Source: a virus
DNA: 64,000 bases
IMG/VR virus record: IMGVR_UViG_3300008954_003554
Location: 1-64,000 of that record
Direction: 5' to 3' (one strand)
Made by a program: the position numbers and the translations under genes
The notes under the pieces: generated by a model
The model's database searches: none
What the model was told of the DNA's origin: nothing
Seen by the model: only the letters and a program-made list of their open reading frames with translations
Part shown: positions 1 to 9,672 of the stretch, piece by piece
How positions within the stretch are numbered: position 1 is the first letter of the stretch
How the letters are laid out: each line of letters begins with the position of its first letter

Positions 1-2
1 AG

Positions 3-206
3 AAGTTCGGTGGACTACGATTCTATATGACCTGCGGGACTGACGAAATCTTTGACCTGATTTCCGAAGCAGAAGCCTTATCTTACAAGACCTGTGAAGA
101 GTGCGGAGAGCCGGGAGAAGAAAGAAACACAGGCTGGATTCGAACTCTTTGCGATACATGCCACAAGAACTGGGATAAGATTCGAGCAAAGAGGTGGGAA
201 GAGTGA
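3..206 (+). CDS. Partial (5'-truncated) phage hypothetical protein, EKFGGLRFY...CxxC...CxxC family
   Basis: Manual translation KFGGLRFYMTCG...KTCEECGEPG...GWIRTLCDTC ending TGA at 204-206; not in the ORF track because it is cut by the window edge. Confidence 0.7.
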   Translation, partial: KFGGLRFYMTCGTDEIFDLISEAEALSYKTCEECGEPGEERNTGWIRTLCDTCHKNWDKIRAKRWEE

Positions 207-406
207 AAGTCGGTGATTTGGTGAAGAGAAATACGTGGGATGATATTGAATACAATCCACACAAAATTCAGCGCTCTATGGGTATCATTATTTCATATGA
301 AAAAGATAAAGAAAGCCTGGGCGGTGCTGGCATTGGTGTGGCGTTTTCTGATGGAATACACTATGAGTATTCTCATCATCTGGAGGTAGTCAATGAAATC
401 GGGTGA
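203..406 (+). CDS. Small KOW/SH3-like protein (MKVGDLV family)
   Basis: GTG start MKVGDLVK, central GIII strand, C-terminal LEVVNE; overlaps both neighbours. Confidence 0.65.
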   Translation: MKVGDLVKRNTWDDIEYNPHKIQRSMGIIISYEKDKESLGGAGIGVAFSDGIHYEYSHHLEVVNEIG

Positions 407-584
407 TTTGGTTCGTGGGTGGTGCCAGGAGACGACGCTGGGTGAGCAGGTAGGGATTGTTATTGAGATTGTGCGGACCCATCCGGGGATGGAGCTTATT
501 CCGCCAGCCGCCAGAGTCTTGTGGGCATCAGGTGAAATCGGAAAAGAATGGACAGATGATGTCGAGGTGATCAGTGAAAGTTAA
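393..584 (+). CDS. Small KOW/SH3-like protein (MKVGDLV family)
   Basis: MKSGDLV...GIVI...VLW...VEVISES; GGAGG upstream. Confidence 0.65.
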   Translation: MKSGDLVRGWCQETTLGEQVGIVIEIVRTHPGMELIPPAARVLWASGEIGKEWTDDVEVISES

Positions 585-849
585 AGATTTAAAAATTGGA
601 ATGATACTTAGGCCTATGAACGATAGCCAAGTCTTTGGGGAAACTTATGCCGGAGAATGGCTTCAGGTTACCAACAAGTACACGAGGAGCGGGCGCGAAT
701 TCTTGAAGCCAAGTTTTGCGATGTACCTGGGAACAAAAGAGGATCTGGCCGATATTGACACTAAGTGGTCTGACAAGTTTGTTTTATTTAAAAATAAGAT
801 TCTAGCTGTAGACCCGTCAGCGTGGAGATATATTGAGGAGGTAAAATGA
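574..849 (+). CDS. Hypothetical protein
   Basis: ORF coupled to neighbours, GAGG SD. Confidence 0.55.
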   Translation: MKVKDLKIGMILRPMNDSQVFGETYAGEWLQVTNKYTRSGREFLKPSFAMYLGTKEDLADIDTKWSDKFVLFKNKILAVDPSAWRYIEEVK

Positions 850-1169
850 AAAACGGAAAACTTGTTCGAGATCTTATACCACAAATAATTGAAGAGACCG
901 GATCATTTTGCGCTAGTTCACTAGTAAAGAATTCTGAAGAACATCACAGTAGACTCAAAGATAAGATTATTGAGGAGGCTCAGGAGTTTATTGAGAATCC
1001 GTCATATGAAGAGGCAGCGGACATGGTAGAGGTTATCAAGGCGTTCTGCCACTTGAACAACCTGGAATGGGAAGTGGTGCTGGGTGTTGCTGTGAATAAG
1101 CAAGAAACACACGGTGGGTTTCATATAGGCACTATCTTGGAGAGAGTTGAATATGAAATCAAAGACTAA
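846..1169 (+). CDS. MazG-like all-alpha NTP pyrophosphohydrolase
   Basis: KLVRDLIP N-terminus, KIIEEAQE and EEAADMVEV acidic metal-binding helices, HGGF. Confidence 0.8.
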   Translation: MKNGKLVRDLIPQIIEETGSFCASSLVKNSEEHHSRLKDKIIEEAQEFIENPSYEEAADMVEVIKAFCHLNNLEWEVVLGVAVNKQETHGGFHIGTILERVEYEIKD

Positions 1170-1398
1170 AGAGAGCATTAGTTATAATATCGATATAGAA
1201 AAGACCACAGCTGGTAGACTTCAAGCTGGTGACGTCTTTCTATTTAGAAAAAACGTTTGGACAGTTATGAATAGATCCGAGAGTGGGAGGTTTGTTAGAA
1301 CCCTTCTCGGAAAATATCATGAGTCTAAAACTATTCCCCCCGATGCTAAGGTAAAGAGAATTGTATCAATGAAGAGATCTAGAGATAAAAGTGGGTAG
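1147..1398 (+). CDS. Hypothetical protein
   Basis: ORF in operon context. Confidence 0.45.
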   Translation: MNMKSKTKESISYNIDIEKTTAGRLQAGDVFLFRKNVWTVMNRSESGRFVRTLLGKYHESKTIPPDAKVKRIVSMKRSRDKSG

Positions 1399-1401
1399 GT
1401 C

Positions 1402-1620
1402 GTGAAAGAGGGCGACCTTGTTAGATTTAGGTGGGAAGAATTTCCGAGAAAAAATCCTAATGACTGCGGAATATGGAGGTGGAGAATTGGACTGCTGATA
1501 GAATACCAGACCTGGGAGAAAGTAGCAACAATTTTATCAGAAGGAAAGACCTTTAGGATTCAAGGAAGTGAAGTTCAAAAAGCAGGAAAAAAAGATATAG
1601 AAAGATTTAAATCATTTTGA
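1402..1620 (+). CDS. Small KOW/SH3-like protein
   Basis: MKEGDLVRF...IGLLI. Confidence 0.55.
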   Translation: MKEGDLVRFRWEEFPRKNPNDCGIWRWRIGLLIEYQTWEKVATILSEGKTFRIQGSEVQKAGKKDIERFKSF

Positions 1621-1629
1621 ATGACGGGG

Positions 1630-1658
1630 GTGTACATCTACTTTCTGGTGATTATAAT
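1630..1658 (+). promoter_or_regulatory. Early-type promoter GTGTAC-N17-TATAAT for Hsp20
   Basis: Matches the repeated promoter consensus found more than 25 times in the window. Confidence 0.65.
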
Positions 1659-1732
1659 TTAAATAGGTTAGGAAATTGCTTAATGGATTTCTTAGACCTT
1701 TAGTTAACTTGCTTAAAAAAGGAGATAATACT

Positions 1733-2176
1733 ATGAGCAACAACGCACTTACAACCTTCGGTTCTAGACCTTCGCTATTGGGTAATACTGTATTCAATAG
1801 CTTTTTTAATGATTTTTTTAGAGATGAAGTTTTCCCTTCTCATCTGATTAAATCAACGTCAGGTTATCCTGTTGCAGACATCTACACCCTGGAGAATGGA
1901 TCAACAGCAATGGAATTTGCTCTTGCTGGGTTTAGCAGAGATGAGCTTACTATCGATGTCAAGCCTGAAAACCGAACAATTACAGTCTCTGCAGACTCCT
2001 CAGGTGAAAGTAGTGACAATCGAAGAATTGCTCGACGCAGCTTTACAAAGACTTATGTAAATTATGACAACAATCTGGACATGGCAAATACAACAGCTAC
2101 GTTTGAGAACGGGCTACTTACTGTGACTGTTCCAACTCGAGCAGAAATTGAGCCCATTAAGATTGAGATTCAGTAA
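1733..2176 (+). CDS. Small heat-shock protein, Hsp20/IbpA family
   Basis: GYPVADIY...FALAGFSRDEL...RIARRSF...ATFENGLLTV alpha-crystallin signature; AGGAG SD before ATG 1733. Confidence 0.92.
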   Translation: MSNNALTTFGSRPSLLGNTVFNSFFNDFFRDEVFPSHLIKSTSGYPVADIYTLENGSTAMEFALAGFSRDELTIDVKPENRTITVSADSSGESSDNRRIARRSFTKTYVNYDNNLDMANTTATFENGLLTVTVPTRAEIEPIKIEIQ

Positions 2177-2182
2177 TATCTT

Positions 2183-2213
2183 GCCGGTGTCGAACTGGCA
2201 CCGGCTTTTTTTT
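2183..2213 (+). terminator. Rho-independent terminator
   Basis: GCCGGTG/CACCGGC stem followed by T8. Confidence 0.85.
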
Positions 2214-2222
2214 GGGAGATTT

Positions 2223-2423
2223 TTGAAACTTAGTCTAAAGAAAACACTTGTAAAAGTTTTCGCCTGGAGGGTAACTTCAGTTTTAACAACTTTAATTTTT
2301 ACATTATTGATTACTGGTGACTTTAGGGAAGCAACATCTTTTACACTCATGCTACATGCTATTTTAATGACAGCTCACACTATTTTTGAAATTATCTGGG
2401 AGAAAAATTGGGAGAAAAAATGA
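2223..2423 (+). CDS. DUF2061-like small membrane protein
   Basis: KTLVKVFAWRV, two hydrophobic helices, HTIFEIIW; GGAG SD before TTG. Confidence 0.65.
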   Translation: MKLSLKKTLVKVFAWRVTSVLTTLIFTLLITGDFREATSFTLMLHAILMTAHTIFEIIWEKNWEKK

Positions 2424-2644
2424 AATCGGGAGAAATTTACACGTGGCTGGATCAGGGTCCAGCTGTCCTACTAGAAGAAAAAGAGATCCTGGATCCAATT
2501 CCAGAAAAAGATCTCGACAAGTTTCTGTCTAATCCAGATTTCTGGCCAAAAGAAACAGGATGGATAGTTAGATTGATTGAGACAGATGAGATACTTCATG
2601 TCCATGCTGAAACACTTTCGCCTTCTGGGACTCAATCATGTTAA
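2420..2644 (+). CDS. Hypothetical protein
   Basis: ATGA overlap, GGAG SD. Confidence 0.5.
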   Translation: MKSGEIYTWLDQGPAVLLEEKEILDPIPEKDLDKFLSNPDFWPKETGWIVRLIETDEILHVHAETLSPSGTQSC

Positions 2645-2687
2645 CGAGGTCCAGTCTTTAAGATACATTCTTTATTGAGGTGTAGGA

Positions 2688-3212
2688 ATGAAACTTTACT
2701 TAGCTAACGTACCTATGATTTCTTTAAAAGTCATTGAAACCTTAACAGGTGACGGGTCCATTGAAGTATCACCCGGGAATAAACAAGAAGTAGCAAAAGA
2801 TCTTGAGGCGATTATGGAAGAGTTTCTTAGAAGAGATAGAAATATAAGAAGGGAGACTAAAGACATGATGTCTCGGATGACATTGCCATACGATCAGTTT
2901 GGAATGCAGAAATCTAAAATTTCAAAAAGAAAAAATCATCCCACTGGGCCTGATATAGAAAAATTTTTATCGAGACAATTTATAGAAAGCTTTATGATTT
3001 CTAATTTTGTTGATGAAGTTTATTCAGAAGATGACCACATGTATAAAAAGTTATTACAAGTCTTAAGAGATTTCCATGTAGATGAAAATGAGATTAGAAA
3101 TGAAGCGATGTCTCGAATAATGAATATTACAAAGGGTACTGTTGAATATGAAATATCACTTCAGAATGCTATTAGAGAAGTTAAGAAAAAAAGAGGATTA
3201 ATAAAAAATTGA
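2688..3212 (+). CDS. DUF507 family protein (myxobacterial two-lobe type)
   Basis: MKLY..VPMIS...DG.IEV...DL.AIM.E.L...F.IS..V.EVYS.D...VD.EI..EA.SR...RGLI pattern recalled from Myxococcota DUF507 proteins. Confidence 0.7.
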   Translation: MKLYLANVPMISLKVIETLTGDGSIEVSPGNKQEVAKDLEAIMEEFLRRDRNIRRETKDMMSRMTLPYDQFGMQKSKISKRKNHPTGPDIEKFLSRQFIESFMISNFVDEVYSEDDHMYKKLLQVLRDFHVDENEIRNEAMSRIMNITKGTVEYEISLQNAIREVKKKRGLIKN

Positions 3213-3436
3213 ATATAAAGAGCTTGCTCGTTTTTGTGACCTGCCTGTGCTATATTGGGACAGTTGACTATGTAGACGGTGATTTTGCCCGAGTCGAGAT
3301 AAGAGGAGAAAGTGAAGTTTACGTCACTGATATTCCTATAGCTATGTTTCCTTGCAATCTATCTGAGGGAGACTTGTTTTACATAGACACGGTAGATGGA
3401 GTGACAGAAATTAGGTGCGGAGAGCCTGACTTGTAG
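3209..3436 (+). CDS. DUF3006-like small protein
   Basis: TVDYVDGDFARVE...IP...FP..LSEGD. Confidence 0.55.
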   Translation: MNIKSLLVFVTCLCYIGTVDYVDGDFARVEIRGESEVYVTDIPIAMFPCNLSEGDLFYIDTVDGVTEIRCGEPDL

Positions 3437-3440
3437 ACTC

Positions 3441-4322
3441 TTAGGGTCTTATTGTCTTGACAATAATTCCTCGATCAGAGACTTTTCTTCTTATCATTTC
3501 TGACTCAGAGTGAGTTAGCCTGATATCAGAGTCAAAATCAGATATTATTAAAAGAGTCTCCCCGGGTGACATATAATCTAAAACTTTCCAATAAGAGTAC
3601 CAGATCTCTGTCCCCCCACCCGGAGATACTCTGTCAAGAGACCTGTTTTGAAAACATCTTTCAGCCGTTGAAAGATATATTCTACTTCCCGGCTCAAATG
3701 ATGCATTAATTATACCTGTCCATCTTTGCCATTGTCCACTCATTGAGCCTGAGGCATCTATTAGATAGACATCAGCCGGTATTTTCTCAATCCTTGTTGT
3801 AACCGATCTGCTTGTATGAACTATTATATCTACCCTTCTAGCTTCAGGATCATGACTTCTTGATCCTTCGCCAGCTACCACGCTGTTGATTCTACCTCTG
3901 GGAATATTTCCATCAATTTCTTGTCTAACAGAGCCAATTCTTCTTCTTGCCAGATCTGAGTTGTGACCTCTTGTTCCACACCCATCAGTGTAGCCTACAA
4001 GGGTAATTTCTCTGCTTCCCGTTTCTGACATAATTTTGGATATATTTTGAATTTTATTTTCCTGAGAACCTATGATTTGATTGGAGTCTTCTGTAAAGTA
4101 AATTGAAATTCTTCTTTCTTCGGGAAGCAGAGAGGTTACTGGATCAGGAACTTCGCCGGGTGATGCCCTGCAGAGACAATGTAACGCTATGCATCTTGAT
4201 CCTCCGTGAGTTCTGTTATCAACTTGAACGCCGTGCCTGCTGAAATCAGGTTGTCTGGCTGATTTATTTGAAACATCAGCGGGAAATAGCATTAATAAAA
4301 ATAAAAGTAGTCCTATAAACAA
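3441..4322 (-). CDS. Secreted OmpA-like peptidoglycan-binding domain plus vWA domain protein
   Basis: Signal peptide; GYTD..G....N.DLARRR..SV and ARRVDI (OmpA-C); LIDASGSM, GGT, IISD (vWA MIDAS). Confidence 0.75.
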   Translation of the reverse strand: MFIGLLLFLLMLFPADVSNKSARQPDFSRHGVQVDNRTHGGSRCIALHCLCRASPGEVPDPVTSLLPEERRISIYFTEDSNQIIGSQENKIQNISKIMSETGSREITLVGYTDGCGTRGHNSDLARRRIGSVRQEIDGNIPRGRINSVVAGEGSRSHDPEARRVDIIVHTSRSVTTRIEKIPADVYLIDASGSMSGQWQRWTGIINASFEPGSRIYLSTAERCFQNRSLDRVSPGGGTEIWYSYWKVLDYMSPGETLLIISDFDSDIRLTHSESEMIRRKVSDRGIIVKTIRP

Positions 4323-4365
4323 TGTGAATGCCTAAATTTAAATAATTTAATTAATAAGTATTACT

Positions 4366-5142
4366 ATGCCAAAAATAACAGAACAAAAGCTTAGATCCAT
4401 TATAAGACAAATTTTACTCGAAGATGTCCCAGGCGGCTTTGAAGTCGAGGATCTTGGTGGGATCGGATCCTGGATTTCTGATCCCATTGATAAATACAAG
4501 GGTCGGTCTGATGTGACTGGCGAAATGTTCAAAGTGGCCCCTGAGACTTCAGACATTAGACTATCAAGATCTTCCCAAGACGTGAGACGGTTTGCGTCTG
4601 CCGTTGGAATAGTTTCAGATAGAATGGGATTCGAAACTCCTGTAGTCACATCAGGAAAGAGAAGTGCTCAAGGTCAAGCTGTTGCCATGCTTATGAAATT
4701 TAAGAACGGTGAAGACTTACTTGATCTTTACATTTATGAATGTTCTGAGTGTCTAGAGATTGTCGGAGACGAGTCTGCGGCAACTGAGTTGATCAACAGC
4801 ATAATCGATATCTTTTCCAGCATGTCAGGAGATGAGGGACTAACAGAGAGAGATGCCATCCGAGACGTAACAGCTTTGCTAAGAAGGATAAAGATATCTG
4901 CTCATCAAGCTGGTATGGCAATCGACTTCAGGCCAACACAGGGTCTATCGGAGATCTTTGAAGCCCTTAGAAATTATGCTTCTTTTAATATAATAGATGA
5001 AACAAATAGACCCGGAGCTTCTCACTGGCATGTTTTTGTCAAAGAGTTTTCAAGAAGCGGTTATGAAGATGTAGTTGGAAATGTACAGCGCCGAGACCCA
5101 AGATCTCAAGAGGGCATTGATCCGGATCAAGACATAGACTAG
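4366..5142 (+). CDS. MKIT-leader protein with peptidase M15-like domain
   Basis: Leader KITEQKLRSIIRQILLE; VTSGKRS...SAHQAGMAID...HWHV Zn ligands. Confidence 0.65.
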   Translation: MPKITEQKLRSIIRQILLEDVPGGFEVEDLGGIGSWISDPIDKYKGRSDVTGEMFKVAPETSDIRLSRSSQDVRRFASAVGIVSDRMGFETPVVTSGKRSAQGQAVAMLMKFKNGEDLLDLYIYECSECLEIVGDESAATELINSIIDIFSSMSGDEGLTERDAIRDVTALLRRIKISAHQAGMAIDFRPTQGLSEIFEALRNYASFNIIDETNRPGASHWHVFVKEFSRSGYEDVVGNVQRRDPRSQEGIDPDQDID

Positions 5143-5208
5143 ATCGAGATAATCATGTAATATCTCGTGAGCTGTGGTATAATATAAACATCAAAAGGAG
5201 ATTTTTTT

Positions 5209-5487
5209 ATGCAAACTCTTATGAACACTTTCCTGATTCTTTCTATTGGTGTGGTAGTAGTTTCTTCATGTGGGCCATCTGGCAATGAAGCGATGACTTC
5301 CAATAGAGAGCTTTCATCAAGCTTGTGCTTCGATGAAATTGACGGCGATGGCGATGGCAAAGTAGATTGTGAAGATAGTGATTGCTGCTGGGCATGCTTG
5401 CCAGACTGCGGCGGAGATCCTGATTGTAAGGGTGAGGACTGGGTCATGAAACAATTGGTTGAGAGTGAGACCCAGCAATCCCTGTAG
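5209..5487 (+). CDS. Cys/Asp-rich lipoprotein
   Basis: Lipobox VSSC; CFDEIDGDGDGKVDCEDSDC; promoter ATGTAA-N17-TATAAT at 5155-5183. Confidence 0.6.
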   Translation: MQTLMNTFLILSIGVVVVSSCGPSGNEAMTSNRELSSSLCFDEIDGDGDGKVDCEDSDCCWACLPDCGGDPDCKGEDWVMKQLVESETQQSL

Positions 5488-5543
5488 GATTTATATTTTT
5501 AACCTGCTTTGTAATAATTATTTTATATTGTAGGTAGTGCACA

Positions 5544-6230
5544 ATGGCTTGTGAAAAAGATCTCGATCGGGGAATGACATTCACTGAGATCCACCGTTCT
5601 CTTGTAGAAAGTGATGCTGTATCAGAAAATGAGGCTATCTTAATAGTTGATGGGTACAGACAAAAAATCTATTTAATGGAAGGGGGGGAAGTTTCCGCCT
5701 CTTATATGTGCAGTACAGGATCCAGTGGCTTCGGAAATGAAGAGGGTAGTGAAAAGACATCAACTGGCCTGATGTATGTCTCCAGAAAAATAGGTAACGG
5801 TGAACCTATCGGGAGAGTCTTTCAGTATAAAACTCCGACGCAGTACATTCTACCTGAAGACGCAGGTGAGTATGCATGGGTTTGTACAAGGATTCTTGTT
5901 CTTTCTGGGCGCCAGCCAGAAAATAACAATGTCTACCAGAGAGCAATATACATACACGGAACAAATAGAAAAAGTAGACTCGGCCTGCCGGCTAGCGGAG
6001 GATGCATTAGAATGAGCAATGATGGGTGCATCAATCTGTTTAACAGAATTTCAGTTGGTACAAAGGTTTTTGTTGCTTCGTCAAACCCGGAAGATAATCC
6101 CCCGCTTCCCTGTGGGGATGCTGATAGATCTCTACTTCAAGTTGCTAAAGATAAATATGCACAAATATTTAGAACCCCTGACCCCTATGAGGGAGAAGAT
6201 GACATCGGGTCTGAGCCAGAGCATGATTAA
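5544..6230 (+). CDS. L,D-transpeptidase (YkuD family)
   Basis: STG, IYIHGT...ASGGCIRM catalytic motif, VGTKV. Confidence 0.88.
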   Translation: MACEKDLDRGMTFTEIHRSLVESDAVSENEAILIVDGYRQKIYLMEGGEVSASYMCSTGSSGFGNEEGSEKTSTGLMYVSRKIGNGEPIGRVFQYKTPTQYILPEDAGEYAWVCTRILVLSGRQPENNNVYQRAIYIHGTNRKSRLGLPASGGCIRMSNDGCINLFNRISVGTKVFVASSNPEDNPPLPCGDADRSLLQVAKDKYAQIFRTPDPYEGEDDIGSEPEHD

Positions 6231-6279
6231 ACGAGCTTGGGAGAATATGTATATCTGTCATCTATAGGAGTTTTTTGAT

Positions 6280-6687
6280 ATGACAGGAATACTACAATCT
6301 CTCGGAGACTTTGTTCTCAGCGTTTTAGAATTGGCATGGGGTCTCTTGGTTTCAGGATTTGATCTTGTGTGGGGAGTTCTTTACCACCTCCACGTCGACG
6401 CACCTAGACTAGAAGGTCTTCTCATTGGTGTTGGACTAGCTTGGCTACTCTCTCGAAGAGATAGACATCCATTGCTTAGGGCTTTAAGTGCACCCCTGAA
6501 GCTTGTTATTGATATTTTAGATCTTGCCTGGGATCAGTGTGCAGAAGTCGTCAAGGATGTCTGGGGCGTCGTGTGGGACTCAGTTACCGGAACAGCCGGA
6601 TGGGCAAGAGATAGGGTTAAAGGTGCTTACGGATTTTTGCTAAGATCTCTTCGAGGCTTTAAGAATACCCTTCTGAGGAAAAGGTGA
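6280..6687 (+). CDS. Hypothetical membrane-associated protein
   Basis: Hydrophobic/amphipathic helices; AGGAG SD. Confidence 0.5.
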   Translation: MTGILQSLGDFVLSVLELAWGLLVSGFDLVWGVLYHLHVDAPRLEGLLIGVGLAWLLSRRDRHPLLRALSAPLKLVIDILDLAWDQCAEVVKDVWGVVWDSVTGTAGWARDRVKGAYGFLLRSLRGFKNTLLRKR

Positions 6688-6690
6688 GAA

Positions 6691-7113
6691 ATGAAGAAGC
6701 TTACTGCTAGAGAACTTCGAAGAATCATTCGAGAGGAGACAATTTCGATCGGAGGTAGAGAAATGGATGTAAGTGTTCAGGGCGGGGATATCTACGTTGA
6801 TGAAGACTTGGACGGTAAAGACGATTATCAGTACTCTGCTAAAGTCATGGGCAGGGGCGCAGATATTAGTGATTTCTCATATGACACCGGGACTGAGACG
6901 CTCAATGCAAAGGGAAGCGTCGGGCTCTTTGGGTTTGACGAAGATATGCCGCCTCCTGATGCTGAGGACATGGCCAGGGACCTTGGAGATGATGAGATTA
7001 TAATATCTAAGAATGATGGCGGTCCGGCCTATGATGTTACATTAACAAAGGTAAATGAGGTTCGTAGATTAATAAGGATGCTAGTGCGTGAGGAGATCAT
7101 AAGAGAGAGATGA
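6691..7113 (+). CDS. MKIT-leader protein (motif at both ends)
   Basis: KLTARELRRIIREE at the N-terminus and VRRLIRMLVREE at the C-terminus. Confidence 0.6.
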   Translation: MKKLTARELRRIIREETISIGGREMDVSVQGGDIYVDEDLDGKDDYQYSAKVMGRGADISDFSYDTGTETLNAKGSVGLFGFDEDMPPPDAEDMARDLGDDEIIISKNDGGPAYDVTLTKVNEVRRLIRMLVREEIIRER

Positions 7114-8645
7114 AGATTACCCTCGCTAAGCTAGAAAACCTTATTAATGAAGAGCTAAGAGCTCTTAACGAGGCTCCTTCTATGCCATGGGAAGATGATT
7201 TTGGCTGGGATGATGTGGGAGGATGGGCAAAGACTGCTGCTATCGGCGGACCGTCTTCGGCAATTGCGCTTGCGCATGCAAAGACTGTCGGGGCAGCATC
7301 TGGTGAGTTGACCAAGGTTGCATGGAATAAGCTTGGGCCGTCAAATGCGCAGATCATTGCTTACCTAGATACCTGGGCAATGGAGCACCCTACAGTGAAG
7401 AAGCTAGTGGCCTCGGAAGGCAGGGGCATAACACGATATCTTCTTAAAAATCTCCCAGAGCCTACAAAATCAATAACCCTGACACCGTACAAAGGGAAGA
7501 ATGTTAGCATTAAAGTCATTCTGGACACAGACGGGGATGCATCTGTTATTCTTCAAGCCTCCTTCGCTCGCCAAGGTGTGACCCTAAAGTATGACCTTGA
7601 TGATCTTCTTCTCAATTATCTTTCAACTGATAGTGGATTTGATACATGGACAGCCGGGTTTGCATCTTCAATTATTGAACAACTCGAGCCAATGATCCAT
7701 AATCTGGTGGCCACAAAAGACACGCTTGACAAGGGGGTAAAATTTATAACCACCGCGGGTGGCCTCCTCGGAGATGAAGAAGATGAGGGTGATGGTGAGG
7801 AAGAGACCCTTGATGTTCAGGCCGTGATAAAAGACGTAAGGAGAAGAATAAACGGTCAGATTACCAGAAACATAGTTCCCCGCAAGAGCGAAATAATCTC
7901 AGGAGTCGAAGAGATATTTGACGGTGTTAAATCTTTTGTTGAGGATCATCCGTCCTACATAGTAGGACATTACGTTGTCCAGTGGCTGTCAACCCTCGAT
8001 GTACCCGGTGACTGGCAGTCGGAATGGGAAACCAGGGCAGCCAAAGAAATAGCAGAGATGATTGAATCTGAAATGGAGTCTGCTGACTTGTTTACAAAAA
8101 TAGGAAAAGCTCTTCAACCTCTCGATCGTGCCATAGAGCAACAATTTGGCATGAATGAAAATATACACAACCAAAAAATCGCTATGACAAAAACGGAGAT
8201 TAGACAAATCATACGAGAAGAGCTGAAGATAGGCTTTGAACGCCTGCCCGGAGGTTCCTATAAGATGTATGATCCTGATCCAGACGATTCTACTTTCACC
8301 ATATCTGCCGAGCCTCTAAGAAATTCCGAGGTAAGGCTTAAGATAGAAGAGTATTTGGGATTTGATAGTGAGAAAGATATCGATCGATTTCTTCGAATTC
8401 ACAATGAGCCTCTAAGCATGATATTCTGGCATGCACAGAAACAAGGCGGTGAGCTATTATCAGCTTGGGATAATGCCAAGGATTATATTGATACCATGTC
8501 CGAGAAAGATATGCTAATGAAGAACAGACCTATCCGCCAAAAAAGAATTGCCAAGCAGATCATAAGTGAAGATGTTGATCGAGACAGTGAGTCACAAGGT
8601 GACATAGTCGGTGAGCCTCCGGGAATGCCGGATCCTACAGCATAA
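7110..8645 (+). CDS. Large MKIT-leader protein with an internal second motif
   Basis: MKITLAKLENLINEELRALNE; internal MTKTEIRQIIREE. Confidence 0.65.
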   Translation: MKITLAKLENLINEELRALNEAPSMPWEDDFGWDDVGGWAKTAAIGGPSSAIALAHAKTVGAASGELTKVAWNKLGPSNAQIIAYLDTWAMEHPTVKKLVASEGRGITRYLLKNLPEPTKSITLTPYKGKNVSIKVILDTDGDASVILQASFARQGVTLKYDLDDLLLNYLSTDSGFDTWTAGFASSIIEQLEPMIHNLVATKDTLDKGVKFITTAGGLLGDEEDEGDGEEETLDVQAVIKDVRRRINGQITRNIVPRKSEIISGVEEIFDGVKSFVEDHPSYIVGHYVVQWLSTLDVPGDWQSEWETRAAKEIAEMIESEMESADLFTKIGKALQPLDRAIEQQFGMNENIHNQKIAMTKTEIRQIIREELKIGFERLPGGSYKMYDPDPDDSTFTISAEPLRNSEVRLKIEEYLGFDSEKDIDRFLRIHNEPLSMIFWHAQKQGGELLSAWDNAKDYIDTMSEKDMLMKNRPIRQKRIAKQIISEDVDRDSESQGDIVGEPPGMPDPTA

Positions 8646-8698
8646 TATCATGTAAACATTCACTTCTTGTTGTATAATAAGGGAGTGAGGTTAGTCTT

Positions 8699-9319
8699 AT
8701 GAAACGAACACTTCTTGTCTCTGCTGGTTTAATTCTCGGCTGCGGAGAATATGTCGCTGAGTTTGGTCATCATGTTATCAATAAATCGCACTGGTCAAAA
8801 AGTGTGTTTGATGCTGCAGTACATCTTCAGGACAAGACAGATTTTAACAACTGGATCGCAGATGAGAATCTTGATCGTGACTACCAAGACTTTCTTATTT
8901 ATCTTGAAGAGAACAGCGTGCTGGATGCAGTTGAACCTTGGCAACTTATGAGACAAGGGACAGACTGGGAAGATGTAGGTCACTCACCGTTTTCCATGCC
9001 ACCGAGAGATAAGTGGCATGAAATATTGCCGACTTTAGAATTGATTAGAGATGAGATTGTCCCTAAGGTCGGGGCAGTTGAAGTCGTGTCAGGATACAGA
9101 ACTAGAGAGTACAACTCTGTTGCCGGGGGAAGTGTAAATAGTCAGCACTTATATTTCTCTGCTGTTGATTTAATTCCCAAGGAGAGAATAGGCAGGGATG
9201 ATCTTGTAAGCAGCCTTAGAGGTATCTACGTTGAATCTGGTGATCACCGACACATGGGCTTGGGTATATACTCGAATGTTAGATTCCACGTTGACACGCA
9301 TAGAAAGAGGACGTGGTAA
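8699..9319 (+). CDS. Peptidase M15A (YcbK-like D-Ala-D-Ala metallopeptidase), lipoprotein
   Basis: ILGC lipobox; SGYRT..YN..AGG...SQH....AVD...FHVDT; promoter at 8650-8678. Confidence 0.85.
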   Translation: MKRTLLVSAGLILGCGEYVAEFGHHVINKSHWSKSVFDAAVHLQDKTDFNNWIADENLDRDYQDFLIYLEENSVLDAVEPWQLMRQGTDWEDVGHSPFSMPPRDKWHEILPTLELIRDEIVPKVGAVEVVSGYRTREYNSVAGGSVNSQHLYFSAVDLIPKERIGRDDLVSSLRGIYVESGDHRHMGLGIYSNVRFHVDTHRKRTW

Positions 9320-9672
9320 AATTGTGGAGTAATCTCTTAATTGGTGTTACTTTCTTTATCGTGCTTCACGTTATGGTGTGGTTTAGTACAAACCTTCAGT
9401 TTGTCAACTCTGAAATATCCGATAAGAGTCTCTTAATTTCTCTTTTCCTTGCTATTCCAATTTCTCTTTGTGCATATTACGGTAGTCGATTTACTTATAC
9501 AGGACTAGACAGCTCGGTCTGGGCTGTGAGATTTATTGGGTTCGGGACTTCATATCTTATTTTTCCCATTCTGACTTGGGTTATTTTGAAAGAATCAATG
9601 TTCACACCAAAGACCCTTGTTTGTATTTTGCTTTCAGCAGTTATAGTTTGTATTCAGGTTTTCTGGAAGTGA
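9313..9672 (+). CDS. Four-TM membrane protein (DMT/SMR-like)
   Basis: Four hydrophobic segments, LTWVILKE. Confidence 0.5.
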   Translation: MVKLWSNLLIGVTFFIVLHVMVWFSTNLQFVNSEISDKSLLISLFLAIPISLCAYYGSRFTYTGLDSSVWAVRFIGFGTSYLIFPILTWVILKESMFTPKTLVCILLSAVIVCIQVFWK

